A stretch of DNA of 64,000 nt, taken from assembly GCA_963842525.1 (NCBI GenBank), contig CAWJGT010000034.1, positions 32,001-96,000 on the forward strand, given 5' to 3'. This stretch comes from an uncultured Holophagales bacterium. GTDB lineage: Bacteria; Acidobacteriota; Thermoanaerobaculia; Multivoradales; UBA5704. Shown here one piece after another: positions 1 through 10,558 of the stretch (the stretch's first letter is position 1; each line of letters starts with the position of its first letter). The notes beneath the pieces were generated by a model. It was not told the DNA's origin. It saw only the letters and a program-made list of their open reading frames with translations, and made no database searches. The position numbers and the translations under genes were made by a program.

Positions 1-820
1 TGCGGCCCGACGACGACCCTGCCGGGACACGCACACGGACAGGTCCGGTTGGGGTTTCGACTTCAGCCTCGCCGCCGAGCGCGGCCTCCCAGGGGGTGAC
101 CGGGACGGTGGTGTGGAGGTCGGAGCCCTCGATCCGGAAGCGCGAGTCCGGCTGGATGTCGACCTTCAGGAAGAGGTCCCCTCCCTGCGAGCCGTTCGGC
201 CCCGGTTGCCCCTGACCGGCGAGCCGGATCTTCTGCCCGGGCCGGATGCCCTCGGGGATGCGCACCGAAAGGGTCCGGCGCTGCCCGCTCGCGGGATCGA
301 CCAGCGTGATTTCACGGTTGCCGCCGCGGGTCGCCTCTTCGAGGCTGAGCGAAATCTGTGCCTCGGTGTCCCCTCCGCTTCCCCCACCCCCTGGAGCACC
401 GCGGCCTCCGAAGCCGCGCGCCGAGCGCCGGCCTGCACCACCGGGACCACCGCCGCCGAAGAGCATCTCGAAGAACGAGCTGAACCCTTCGGGGCCGCCG
501 CTGCCGCTGAACCCACCGAAATCGAAGCCCTCGAAACCCTGTCCGAAGGGCATCCCTCCTTCCCAGCCGGGCGGAGGTGAGCCGCCACCCTGCTGTGCGC
601 GCTTCCAGGCGGACCCATACTGGTCGTACTTTTTGCGCTTGTCCGGGTCCTTGAGAACCTCATAGGCCTCGCCGATCTCCTTGAACTTCATCTCGGCGGC
701 CGGATCCTTGTTGACGTCCGGATGGAGCTTGCGCGCCAGCTTGCGATAGGCCTTCTGGATGTCGTCCTGAGACGCATCCTTTTTGACGCCCAGGTTGGCG
801 TAATAGTCCTTGTATTCCAA
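1..820 (-). CDS. DnaJ-class chaperone (CbpA/DnaJ2-like); C-terminus runs off the window
   Basis: Manual translation from TTG at 820 ([11 protein letters not shown]): [39 protein letters not shown]...[25 protein letters not shown]-domain with HPD motif, followed by a G/F-rich region. Confidence 0.92.
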   Translation of the reverse strand, partial: MEYKDYYANLGVKKDASQDDIQKAYRKLARKLHPDVNKDPAAEMKFKEIGEAYEVLKDPDKRKKYDQYGSAWKRAQQGGGSPPPGWEGGMPFGQGFEGFDFGGFSGSGGPEGFSSFFEMLFGGGGPGGAGRRSARGFGGRGAPGGGGSGGDTEAQISLSLEEATRGGNREITLVDPASGQRRTLSVRIPEGIRPGQKIRLAGQGQPGPNGSQGGDLFLKVDIQPDSRFRIEGSDLHTTVPVTPWEAALGGEAEVETPTGPVRVRVPAGSSSGR

Positions 821-868
821 CGGGTCTCCTCCTCCTGGATGACAGCATATGCCCCGACAACCCAGAAG

Positions 869-889
869 GTTGAGTGGTCGGCACTCATA
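869..889. promoter_or_regulatory. HAIR-like operator (HspR-associated inverted repeat)
   Basis: GTTGAGT-GGTCGGC-ACTCATA versus consensus CTTGAGT-N7-ACTCAAG. It lies about 50 bp upstream of the DnaJ-class start, next to a minus-strand TACAAT (889-894). Confidence 0.7.
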
Positions 890-1019
890 TTGTAGAACGG
901 AGGCTCAAATTCTTCCATTCCCGGGTCTCACTCCCTCCCGCCCCGTTCTGCCTTGCGCGTCTCTTCGGCGTGGGAGAGAATCATCTCCACCCGGTCGCAC
1001 ACCGGCATTTTCACCCCGC

Positions 1020-3668
1020 ATGATCGATACGCTTCCCCAACCGACGAAGGCCCTGCCGTACAGCGAGGAGTCCGAGCGGGCTGTCCTCGGCGGCATCCTG
1101 CTCGACCCGGCCGTGCTGCCCCTGATCTCGGGCCGGCTGCGGTCCGAGGACTTCTACCAGGAGCGCCATCAGGCCCTTTACCGGGCCATGCTCGACCTCC
1201 AGGAGGAGCAAGTCGAGGTCGACCTGCGGACCCTCCAGGCCAAGCTGGAGCAGCAAGGCCAGTTCGACACCATCGGGGGCATCGCCTACCTGGCCACGCT
1301 GGACCTCGACCTGCCCGACATCGGACGGATCGACCAGTACGCCGAGATCGTCAAGGAGCGCTCGGTCCGCCGCCGGCTGATCCAGGCCTCCAGCCAGATC
1401 ATCCGCGACTGCATGGACGGCGGGCTGGCCGCCCAGGAGGCCCTCGGCCGCGCCGAGCAGGCCATCCTCGGTCTTGGCGAGGAGGCGATCCAGCGCGGCT
1501 TCGTCCTCCTGTCCAACGTCTTCCATTCGACGCTGGAGGACCTGGAGGAACGCTCCGGGAGCCTCCTGACCGGCATCCCCACCGGCTTCACGGACCTCGA
1601 CCGGCTCAGCCACGGTTTAAACCGCGGCAACCTCATCATCGTCGCGGGCCGCCCGGGCATGGGCAAGACCAGCTTCGCTTTGAACGTCGCCTCCAACGTG
1701 GCTGTCCGCGAGGGCAAGACGGTCGGCGTCTTCTCGCTGGAGATGAGCCAGCAGGAGCTCGCCCTGCGCATCCTCTGCTCGGAGGCCGACATCTCCTTCA
1801 GCAAGCTGCGCGGCGCCCACCTGTCGTCCAAGGAGTGGACCAAGGTGTTCCAGACCGTGCGGACGATCGGCGACGCGCCGCTCTTCATCGACGATTCGCC
1901 GAACCCGTCGCTGCTGGAGGTGGGCTCCAAGGCCCGCCGCCTCAAGGCGGAGAAGGGGCTGGCCGTCCTGGTCCTCGACTATCTCCAGCTCATGCAGGCA
2001 GGCGGCAAGTACGAGAACCGCAACCTGGAGATCGCGGCCATCAGCCGGGGCCTGAAGCAGCTCGCCAAGGAGCTCGAGATCCCCATCATCGCCCTCTCCC
2101 AACTCTCCCGGCAGCCCGAGCGGCGGGGGAGCGATCATCGGCCGCAGCTTGCGGATTTGAGGGAAAGCGGGTGTCTCGCGGGGGATACATTGGTGACCCT
2201 GGCCGATTCCGGGCGCCGGGTTGCCATCCGGGATCTCGCCGGACAGGCGGGATTTGCGGTATGGGCCCTGAATTCACAGACCCTACAGATCGAGCGCAGC
2301 CTGGTCTCCAAAGCTTTCTGCACGGGGACGAAGAAGCTCTACCGGCTGAGTACACGCCTGGGAAGGGCGATCCGCGCCACGGGGAACCATAAGTTCCTGA
2401 CAATCCAGGGTTGGACGAGGCTGGACGCACTTGTGGAAAAGCAGTTCGTGGCGCTCCCTCGCCGGGTCCCCGCAGCGGGCCGGCAAACGATGACAGACGC
2501 GGAGCTGGCTCTCTTGGGACATCTCATCGGCGATGGATGCACTCTGCCTCGCCACGCCATCCAGTACACCACGCGTGAGGAAGATCTGGCCGCGACCGTG
2601 GCCGGACTTGCCTCCGAAGCCTTCGGATCGGAGGTCCGGCCCCGCATCCAGCGGGAGCGTCAATGGTTCCAGGTCTATCTCTCCTCGACGCGGCACCACA
2701 CCCACGGTCGCCGGAGCGCGATTGCCGAGTGGCTCCAGGCTCTAGATGCCTGGGGCCTGCGGTCCTACGAGAAGCGGATCCCAGCCAAGGTGTTCGAACA
2801 GCCGGAGACGGCGATCGGTCGTTTTCTGCGCCATCTCTGGTCGACGGACGGCTGCATCCACTTGCGGCGCGGCCGGAAGCCCTACCCGGCGATCTACTAC
2901 GCCACGAGCAGCCCGGCCCTCGCGCAAGACCTGCAAGCGCTCCTCCTGAGACTGGGCATCCAGTCCCATCTAGGGATCTACTCCCAAAAGGGGAAGGGAC
3001 GCGATCAGCTCCACGTCAAAATCAGTGGAAAACCCCAAATCCTGCGCTTTGCTGAGAAGGTCGGTGCCGTCGGAGCCTACAAACAGGCGTCTCTACAAGA
3101 GGCAGTTGCCTTCTTGTTAGAGCGGGGGGAGAACACCAACCGCGATGTGATTCCCAAGGATGTGTGGGATCTGCACGTCAGACCAGCCATGAGGGCAAAC
3201 GGAGTGACCCACCGCCAGCTCCATGTGGGCATTGAAACTGCCTATGCGGGCTTGACGATTTTCAAGCAGAACCTGAGCCGGGAAAGGGCTCTGCGAGTCG
3301 CTCTCGTGGCGGGCTCGGAAGCCCTTCGGACTCTAGCTGAGAGCGAAATCTATTGGGACCAGATCGCCACGATCGAAGAAGATGGGAGCGAAGAGGTCTT
3401 CGACCTGACGGTACCCGGGCCTCACAACTTCGTCGCAAATGATCTCTTCGTGCACAATTCCATCGAGCAAGACGCAGACATGGTTGCCTTCGTCTACCGT
3501 GACGAGATGTACAACCCGACCGACGAGAACAAGGGACTGGCCGAGCTGATCATCGCCAAGCACAGGAACGGCGAGACCGGCACCGTGGAGCTGGTCTTCA
3601 TCGGCGAGACCACCAGCTTCAAGACCCGCTCGCATCATGACTACGGGGCCGCCGCCGCTCCCTTCTGA
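1020..3668 (+). CDS. dnaB: Replicative DNA helicase DnaB containing an intein
   Basis: P-Y-SEESERAVLGGIL N-terminus, Walker A GRPGMGKT, SLEMS, DYLQL, LSQLSR, DLRESG|SIEQDAD split by an insert, and IIAKHRNGETG. Confidence 0.97.
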   Translation: MIDTLPQPTKALPYSEESERAVLGGILLDPAVLPLISGRLRSEDFYQERHQALYRAMLDLQEEQVEVDLRTLQAKLEQQGQFDTIGGIAYLATLDLDLPDIGRIDQYAEIVKERSVRRRLIQASSQIIRDCMDGGLAAQEALGRAEQAILGLGEEAIQRGFVLLSNVFHSTLEDLEERSGSLLTGIPTGFTDLDRLSHGLNRGNLIIVAGRPGMGKTSFALNVASNVAVREGKTVGVFSLEMSQQELALRILCSEADISFSKLRGAHLSSKEWTKVFQTVRTIGDAPLFIDDSPNPSLLEVGSKARRLKAEKGLAVLVLDYLQLMQAGGKYENRNLEIAAISRGLKQLAKELEIPIIALSQLSRQPERRGSDHRPQLADLRESGCLAGDTLVTLADSGRRVAIRDLAGQAGFAVWALNSQTLQIERSLVSKAFCTGTKKLYRLSTRLGRAIRATGNHKFLTIQGWTRLDALVEKQFVALPRRVPAAGRQTMTDAELALLGHLIGDGCTLPRHAIQYTTREEDLAATVAGLASEAFGSEVRPRIQRERQWFQVYLSSTRHHTHGRRSAIAEWLQALDAWGLRSYEKRIPAKVFEQPETAIGRFLRHLWSTDGCIHLRRGRKPYPAIYYATSSPALAQDLQALLLRLGIQSHLGIYSQKGKGRDQLHVKISGKPQILRFAEKVGAVGAYKQASLQEAVAFLLERGENTNRDVIPKDVWDLHVRPAMRANGVTHRQLHVGIETAYAGLTIFKQNLSRERALRVALVAGSEALRTLAESEIYWDQIATIEEDGSEEVFDLTVPGPHNFVANDLFVHNSIEQDADMVAFVYRDEMYNPTDENKGLAELIIAKHRNGETGTVELVFIGETTSFKTRSHHDYGAAAAPF
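2172..3458 (+). mobile_element. DnaB intein with LAGLIDADG homing endonuclease, 429 aa
   Basis: Begins CLAGDTLVTLAD after RESG and ends VFDLTVPGPHNFVANDLFVHN before Ser. Block B ATGNHKFLT, endonuclease blocks LLGHLIGDG and FLRHLWSTDG. Codon usage is less GC-rich than the exteins. Resembles the Ssp/Rma DnaB inteins. Confidence 0.96.
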
Positions 3669-3678
3669 TCCTCTCCCG

Positions 3679-4911
3679 GTGACGGAGCTCGCCCCGGAGG
3701 TCGAGGACCTCGCGGCGGCGCTGCGCCCCGCCTGGGTGGACGTGGACCTCGGGGCCCTGGAGCACAACCTGCGGGTGATCCGGGAACGGATCGGTGGCCC
3801 CGGGGTGCAGACGATGGCCGTGGTCAAGGCCGACGCCTACGGCCATGGCGCCGTGGGGGTGAGCCGGGCCCTCGAAGCCTCCGGAGTCGAGTGGCTCGGC
3901 GTGGCGCTCCTCGAAGAAGGGGCCGAGGTCCGCCGCGCCGGCGTCGAGCTGCCGATCCTGGTGCTCGGCACGGCGCGGCCGACCAAGGTGTCGCTCTACC
4001 GCCGCTACCGTCTCGTCCCGACCGTGTCGAGCCTCGCCGAGCTGGCCATGTGGCGCGAGTGGACCGCCGGCGGGGACGATCCGCAGCCGATCCACCTCAA
4101 GGTGGACACCGGCATGGGCCGGCTCGGCGTGTCGCTCGACGAGGTGGCTGGTGCTCTGGAGATGTTGCGCCGCCATCCGCGGCTGCGCCTTTCCGGCCTC
4201 CTCTCGCACCTCGCCGAGGCGGACGACCTGGAGAGCCCGCGCAACGATGTGCAGGAGTCTCGCTTCTCCGAGGTCCTGGGCCTGTTGACCGCCAGGGAGC
4301 GCGAGGGTCTCCTCATTCACCTGGCGAACAGCGCCGCCGCTCTCCACCGGCCGGGCAGCCGGTACGATCTCGTGCGCCTGGGGCTCGCGGTCTACGGCCT
4401 CGACCCCGCGGACAAGGGGGATCGCGAGGAGGCGGAGGAGCGGACCCCGGTCCTGCCTCCGGACCTGCGGCCGGTGATGTCGGTGCGGGCGCGCATCGTG
4501 CAGCTCCGGGAGGTCCCGGCGGGCACTCCGGTCTCCTACGGCGGCCGGACCGTGACGCGGCGGCGCAGCCGCATCGCGGTCGTCCCGGTGGGCTATGCTG
4601 ACGGCTACGCGTGGCGCCTGACCGGCAAGGCCGAGGCGCTGGCGCGGGGGAGGAGGGTCCCGGTGGCCGGCTCGGTGACGATGGACATGACGCTGCTCGA
4701 CGTGACGGAGGTTGGGGCCGAGCTGGGGGACGAGGTGGTCCTGCTCGGCCGCCAGGGAGACGAGGAGATCTCGGCCCTGGAGCTCGCCCGGCACGCCGGG
4801 ACGATCTCGTGGGAGATCCTCTGCCATCTCGGCCTGCGCCTGCCGCGGCGCTACGTCCGCAACGGCCGGGCGGAGGAGCTGATCTCGCGCTTCTCGCGGG
4901 AGGAGGGGTGA
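3679..4911 (+). CDS. alr: Alanine racemase
   Basis: AVVKADAYGHGA PLP-lysine motif, HLKVDTGMGRLG, SYG, GYADG, GSVTMD. Start codon uncertain (GTG 3679). Confidence 0.95.
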   Translation: MTELAPEVEDLAAALRPAWVDVDLGALEHNLRVIRERIGGPGVQTMAVVKADAYGHGAVGVSRALEASGVEWLGVALLEEGAEVRRAGVELPILVLGTARPTKVSLYRRYRLVPTVSSLAELAMWREWTAGGDDPQPIHLKVDTGMGRLGVSLDEVAGALEMLRRHPRLRLSGLLSHLAEADDLESPRNDVQESRFSEVLGLLTAREREGLLIHLANSAAALHRPGSRYDLVRLGLAVYGLDPADKGDREEAEERTPVLPPDLRPVMSVRARIVQLREVPAGTPVSYGGRTVTRRRSRIAVVPVGYADGYAWRLTGKAEALARGRRVPVAGSVTMDMTLLDVTEVGAELGDEVVLLGRQGDEEISALELARHAGTISWEILCHLGLRLPRRYVRNGRAEELISRFSREEG

Positions 4912-5666
4912 TGAAGATGCCCTCCTGGCTCGAGCGGTTCTTCACCGATTTCGGACGTTTCCTCCAGATGGCCGGCCGCGTGTTCGCCTGGACGCCGCGT
5001 CCGCCGTACGACTGGCGCGAGCTCTTCCGCCAGATGGTCAAGGTGGGGGTGGGCTCGGTTCCGGTGGTCCTCCTGACCACCCTGTTCACCGGCGGGGTCA
5101 TGGCCCTCCAGACGTTCACGGTGCTGCGCCGCATCAACGCCGAGAGCTTCGTCGGCTCGGGCGTCGCCCTCTCCATGGTCCGCGAGCTGGCGGCGGTCCT
5201 CTCGGGCCTGATCGTGGCCGGCCGCGCCGGCTCGGCCATGGCGGCCGAGCTGGGCACGATGCGGGTGACCGAGCAGATCGACGCCCTGGAGGTGATGGCC
5301 ACCGACCCGGTGCACTACCTGGTCGTGCCGCGCGTCTGGGCGACCACGATCACGCTCCCGCTGCTGGTCATCATGGGCTGCGGCGTCGGCATCGCCGGGG
5401 GGTACCTGGTGGCCGTGGTCCTGATGGGGGCGAACCCGGTGTCCTATATCGATCGCTCGTTCCAGTTCATGGACGTCAAGGACCTGTTCTCCGGGGTCAT
5501 CAAGGCGGCGATCTTCGGGTTCCTGCTCGCGGCCATCGGCTGCCAGCAGGGTTTCTACACGAGCGGGGGAGCCGAGGGGGTGGGGCGGGCCACCACGTCC
5601 GCGGTCGTGGTGGCGAGCATCGCCATCCTGGTCTCGGACTTCTTCCTCACCAGGCTGCTCTTCTGA
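4911..5666 (+). CDS. mlaE: MlaE-family ABC permease
   Basis: VRELAAVLSGLIVAGRAGSAMAAELGTMRVTEQIDALEVM and GGAEGVGRATTSAVV. Confidence 0.93.
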   Translation: MKMPSWLERFFTDFGRFLQMAGRVFAWTPRPPYDWRELFRQMVKVGVGSVPVVLLTTLFTGGVMALQTFTVLRRINAESFVGSGVALSMVRELAAVLSGLIVAGRAGSAMAAELGTMRVTEQIDALEVMATDPVHYLVVPRVWATTITLPLLVIMGCGVGIAGGYLVAVVLMGANPVSYIDRSFQFMDVKDLFSGVIKAAIFGFLLAAIGCQQGFYTSGGAEGVGRATTSAVVVASIAILVSDFFLTRLLF

Positions 5667-6463
5667 TGAGCGAGCCCCAGGCAGAGGGACGGCCCGCGGT
5701 CAAGATCCGCATCCGCGGCCTCTTCAAATCGTTCGGTCCCAAGAAGGTGCTCGACGGCATCGACCTCGACGTCGCGGCGGGGGAGTCGCTGGTCATCATC
5801 GGCGGCTCGGGCACCGGCAAGAGCGTGCTCCTGAAGCACGTCACCGGCCTGCTGCGGCCGGACACCGGCACTGTGGAGGTCGACGGCACCGCGGTCGAGA
5901 CGCTGGGAAACCGGGCGATCACGGAGTTCCGCCGCAAGTTCGGGATGGCGTTCCAGGAGGGGGCGCTCTTCGATTCGATGACTGTCTGGCAGAACGTCGC
6001 CTTCCCCTTGCAGCGCATGACCCGTATGTCACATAGCGAGATCGACGAGCGGGTGCGCGAGTGCCTGGCCATGGTCCGTCTCCAGGCCGTGGAGGACAAG
6101 CCGCCCTCCCAGCTCTCGGGCGGCATGCGGCGCCGCGTGGGGTTCGCCCGCGCCATCGCCCACAAGCCGGAGATCCTCCTCTTCGACGAGCCGACGACCG
6201 GGCTCGATCCGGTGATCACAGCGTTGATCGACGAGGTGATCGTCGATCTGAACGACCGCATGAAGACCACGACGGTCACCATCACGCACGACATGGAGAG
6301 CGCCTTCCGCATCGGCGACCGGATCGCCATGCTGCACAAGGGCAGGATCATCGCCTCAGCACCGCCAGAGGAGTTCCGGCGCCTGGAGGACCCGCGGGTG
6401 CAGCAGTTCATCCACGGCCGGGCTGAGGGCCCTCTTTCGGAGGAGCCCGCCGCAGCACGGTGA
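5666..6463 (+). CDS. mlaF: MlaF-family ABC ATPase
   Basis: GGSGTGKS, FQEGALFDSMTV, LSGGMRRRV, DEPTTGLDP. Translationally coupled to mlaE. Confidence 0.93.
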   Translation: MSEPQAEGRPAVKIRIRGLFKSFGPKKVLDGIDLDVAAGESLVIIGGSGTGKSVLLKHVTGLLRPDTGTVEVDGTAVETLGNRAITEFRRKFGMAFQEGALFDSMTVWQNVAFPLQRMTRMSHSEIDERVRECLAMVRLQAVEDKPPSQLSGGMRRRVGFARAIAHKPEILLFDEPTTGLDPVITALIDEVIVDLNDRMKTTTVTITHDMESAFRIGDRIAMLHKGRIIASAPPEEFRRLEDPRVQQFIHGRAEGPLSEEPAAAR

Positions 6464-8556
6464 GGCTTCCCAGGAAGATCAACGCCGTGGCGGAGAGGAT
6501 CCAGCCCGCCAGGCGGTCCCAGCGCATTTCCTGGAACCGGAAGCTCACTCTGCGCTGGCCCGCGGACACCTCGGCCTGGAGGACCCCGTCGGCCGTCGGC
6601 CGGACCTCCTGCCAGCCGGCGGGCGTACGTACCTGCCAGCCCGGAAAATACTGCTCCAGCACGATCACCCGGCCCGGGCGCCCCTCAAGGTCGACCCGGA
6701 TCGTACCGGCGCTGCGCTCGAAAGGCAGGGCTCGAGGTGGGAGGTCTTTCCGCGCGGACCGCCAGGTGGCATAGGGCCGCGCCGTAAGGCGTACGAGCGG
6801 TCGATGGTAAGAAGCGATCAGGCCAACTCCGGCGCGGGCGAGCTTGTGCGGCTCGACCCCCTCGAAGAAAGCATGGTGGGCGAGGGGTGTCGCGTACTCC
6901 GGATAGACCCAGTGGAACAGGGAGACGTCGGGCGCGAGGTCCGGCGGCGGCAGGAAGACGCCTGCGACCCGCAGAGGATAGGGACGACTCCACCTTCACA
7001 TGCTCCAAGCATCCCCATCGCTCCGATTCCGGACGGCACCCCGGATGATGCCGGAGATAGCCAAAGCCTTCGTAGGGAGGCAGCCAGTCCGGCGCGCCGG
7101 TGTAGGGAGCGGCGTCAACCACGAGCAGGGTCGCGAGGGCACCCGGGACCGCCCAGACCCAGCGGCGGGTCTGCCAGGCCGCGAGCAGGCGGGCCACCGC
7201 AAACCCTGCCGCCGCCGCCGCTCCACACGAGGCGATCGAAAGGAACCGCCAGGGGAAGTAGAGGGAGGTGAGCGGCGGGAACAGGAACTCGGCCGCGGCG
7301 GCCAGCGGGTGGATGGACAGCAGCAGGGTGCCGAACGTGGCCGCGAGCAGGCCCCGCGGCAGGCGGTGTGCTTCGCCGAGACGGTTGCAGGTTCCGCGAC
7401 TGGTCTGCCGGAATGCGGCCGGCGCCCGCTGCGAGCGGCATCAGGCCGAGGAGGACCAGGCCGAAGTAGAAGGGCATCTCCTCGCCCGCGGCCTCGTGCA
7501 GGCTGCCTCTCGGCTCGCTCAGATGGATCCGGCTCCACTCCTGCCGGCGGAGGAGGTCGTCTGGCGCGAGCCCGTGCAGCGCGAAACGGGTGCTCGCCTG
7601 GCCCGAGGCATAGCCGGAGAGCCGGGTGTAGCGTAGCTCGGCGGCGAACGGCAGGGTGTAGAAGCCAGCCAGCGCTCCCCCCAGTGCCCAGACCGCGCCG
7701 ATCCGGAGCGCGCGGGTCCGGAGGAGCCTTCCACCCGGAGGACCGCCATGGGAAGGTCTCGGCGGCAAGCCAGAGCCCGAGAGCGCAGACGGCCATCATG
7801 GCTGTCAGGGGGTGGGCGGCGATCAGCAGAGGCCGTGGCGAACGCGGCGAGCACGAGCCGGCGGCGACCGCTTCCGGGGCTTCCGCGGGCGACCTCGACG
7901 GCGCCGAAGAGGACGAGCGGCAGGAGAGCCATGGCGGTGCTCTCTCCCAGGGCCACCCGGTAGTTGCTGTCCAGCAGGCGGTAGGGAGCGAACGCGTAGG
8001 CCGCCGCCGCGACCAGGCCGGCCCGCCGGTCGCCGGTCCAGCGGGCGACCACAGCGTACATGGCCATGGCCGCGATGGCTCCGAGGGCCAGGAACCCTGC
8101 CGAGAGGGCCCGGGCCGAGCTCAGGCCGGCCAGCGAGAAGGGGAGCATGGCGAAGAAGCCCGCGGGTCCGTAGAACTGGAGCAGGGGCTCGCCCATCCCC
8201 ACGTGGTGCAGCCAGCGTGGGAAGAGGTCGCCCGCCTGGACCTCGCGGAAGGCCGCCCAGCTCCCCCAGAGATGGGAGATCGTGTCGTGCCCGTACGGCA
8301 GGCCCGGCGCGAAGAGCAGATGGCCCGCCGCGAGGCCCAGCACGGCGGCCAGAGGAAAGTCGATCCAGCGGCGCGGCCGGCCACCTCCCGGCCCGGCGAG
8401 GAGGGCGAAGAGCAGGGCGGCACCGGCGAGGACCGGCAGCCGAGGATGGATGGCGACCTCGTCCTCTGTCAGGGCGAAGGCCAGGCCCAGGGCGAGAAGC
8501 GGCAGGACCACCGGCAGGGCGGAGATCCAGTGCAGGCCGGGGATCCTCAGCGGCAT
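6408..8556 (-). CDS. Polytopic membrane protein, GT-C / PTPS-related / YfhO-like glycosyltransferase (frameshifted)
   Basis: Pieced from ORFs 7519-8592, 7115-7768, 6685-7197 and 6408-6668: GHDTISH...FPRW...GEPLLQFYGP, AYAFAPYRL, and a C-terminal EQYFPGWQV + TM YfhO-type end. Confidence 0.65.
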
Positions 8557-8624
8557 CGTGAAGGCAAGTCTACTGTTAGACTGCGGCTGCATGGAGTCCG
8601 GGCGATTCCCGGGCGGAGGCGGTG

Positions 8625-10086
8625 ATGAGTCAAGTGGTGAAAGTAGGGATCTTCGGGGCGGTCTGTCTGGTCGTCCTCGCCGTTCTGATCTGGAAGATCG
8701 AAGACATCAACCCCTTTGCGGAAGACGTGCAGCAGGTGGACGCCGTCTTCGATTCGGTGGCCGGGCTCGACGACAAGGCATCGGTCCGGGTGGCGGGCGT
8801 GCGCATCGGCCAGCGTCGACGGCGTCGAGCTCGACGGCCGCCGGGCCCGCGTCACGCTGCGCCTCGAAAAGCCGATCCCACTCACGAAGGGCACCTTCGC
8901 CCGCATCGCGAGCCTCGGACTGCTCGGGGAGAAGTACATCGAGATCGTCCCCGGCCCGCCCGGCGCGCCGCCGCTGACCGGCGAGATCGTGCTGGCGGGC
9001 GAGACCCCGGCCGGTTTCGACGAGGCGATGGCCAAGCTCAACCAGATCGGCGATTCGATCCAGCAGGTCACCGGCTCGCTCTCCGGCCAGGACATCGGCG
9101 GCTCCATCAACCGCCTGATGACCGACCTCGAGCTGACCAGCCGCGAGATCCGGCTGCTCGTGGCCGAGAACCGGGCGAACCTGAATTCGACGATCCGCAA
9201 CTTCGACGTGGCGAGCGCCGCTCTGGCCCGCGAGCTGCCCCGCCTGGCCGAGCAGATGAACCGCACCCTGGCGCAGATCGAAGGGGTGCTCGCCGAGAAC
9301 CGCTCCAACGTCGCCGGCAGCACCGAGAACGTCCGCGAGATCACCACCAAGCTCCAGACCTCGGTCGACAACCTCAACCGCATCTCGGACAAGATCGCGA
9401 GCGGCGAAGGGACGATCGGCAAGCTGATCAACAGCGACCAGGCCCACGACGAGCTGGTGTCGACCCTCGACAGCATCCAGGGAGGCGTCGAGAGCCTGAG
9501 CGGCACCCTGGGAGCGATCAACCGCTTCAAGATGGACCTCGACATGCAGGGCTTCTACCTGCCCGACCAGGAGGAATCGCAGACCGGCTTCCACCTCGAC
9601 ATCGACCCGCAGGACGGCCAGCGGCTCTATCGGGCCGGCATCGCCAGCACGCCGAGCGGCAAGCGCAAGGAGAAGACGCAGACGGTGACCGTCACGGCCC
9701 CCGACGGGACCAGCCAGACGACCACGATCACCAACGTGAGCGAGGAGAAGTCCTACGTGGCCTCGGCGCTCTTCGGCTACCAGGCGCCGCGCGACCTGCG
9801 GCTGTGGGCGGGCCTCATCGAGAACAGCGGCGGCGCACAGATCGACTACCCCCTCTTGGACCGCCGCTTCTGGCTCTCCTTCCAGGCCTTCGACTTCAAC
9901 CGGCCGGAAGACCTCGCGCCGCACCTGCGGCTGACCGGCCGCTGGCAGTTCCACCCCAACCTCTATCTGGTCGGCGGCTACGACGACTTCCTGGAGGAGA
10001 GCGAGGATTCGCTCTTCCTGGGCGGCGGCATCCGCTGGAACGACGAGAACATCAAGTACCTGCTGGGGGCGATTCCGAAATTCTAG
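8625..10086 (+). CDS. mlaD: MlaD/MCE protein with long helical region and C-terminal beta-rich domain (frameshift near 8812)
   Basis: N-terminal TM, FDSVAGL...VRVAGVRIG(Q/V)V..., LGLLGEKYIEIVPG. Joins ORFs 8622 and 8716. Confidence 0.88.
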
Positions 10087-10553
10087 TGGCCATGCCCCTG
10101 GCCCTCTTCGGCCCAGGTCTTGCCGTATTTGAGGACGTCGTGCTTGAGCAGGTCGAAGTCGCCCTGCCTCGGGCCGGGCCGCGCGTCGCGGTACACCGTA
10201 TCGCAGCGGTAGCAGACGACCGCGTCCTTCAGGCGGCGCCAGAGCCAGAGGTCGACGAGACCGAAGGCCGGCAGGGACAGGCCGAACGTCCAGGGCACCA
10301 GCGCAGCCCCCACGGCCACCAGGGCACAGCCCAGGGCGCGATTGAAGTCGCGCTGACGATACAGATGACGGCAGCCGCAGAGGGGGCAGACCTCGACGTG
10401 CGCCGCGGGGCCGTCCTTCCACCCCTCGGCCGCCACGGCGCGGGCGGCGCCGCACTGGGGACAGGAGAGCTTCCCCGGAGCGTCCGCGGAAGGGGGCTCG
10501 ATGACGGCGCCGAACGGGAGACCGCAGGCGCGGCACTGCGTCCGGATGCGCAT
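10083..10553 (-). CDS. Small multi-CxxC (Zn-ribbon) membrane protein
   Basis: CRAC, CPQC, CPLC, two hydrophobic helices, then CYRC. Confidence 0.75.
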   Translation of the reverse strand: MRIRTQCRACGLPFGAVIEPPSADAPGKLSCPQCGAARAVAAEGWKDGPAAHVEVCPLCGCRHLYRQRDFNRALGCALVAVGAALVPWTFGLSLPAFGLVDLWLWRRLKDAVVCYRCDTVYRDARPGPRQGDFDLLKHDVLKYGKTWAEEGQGHGH

Positions 10554-10558
10554 GCTGC

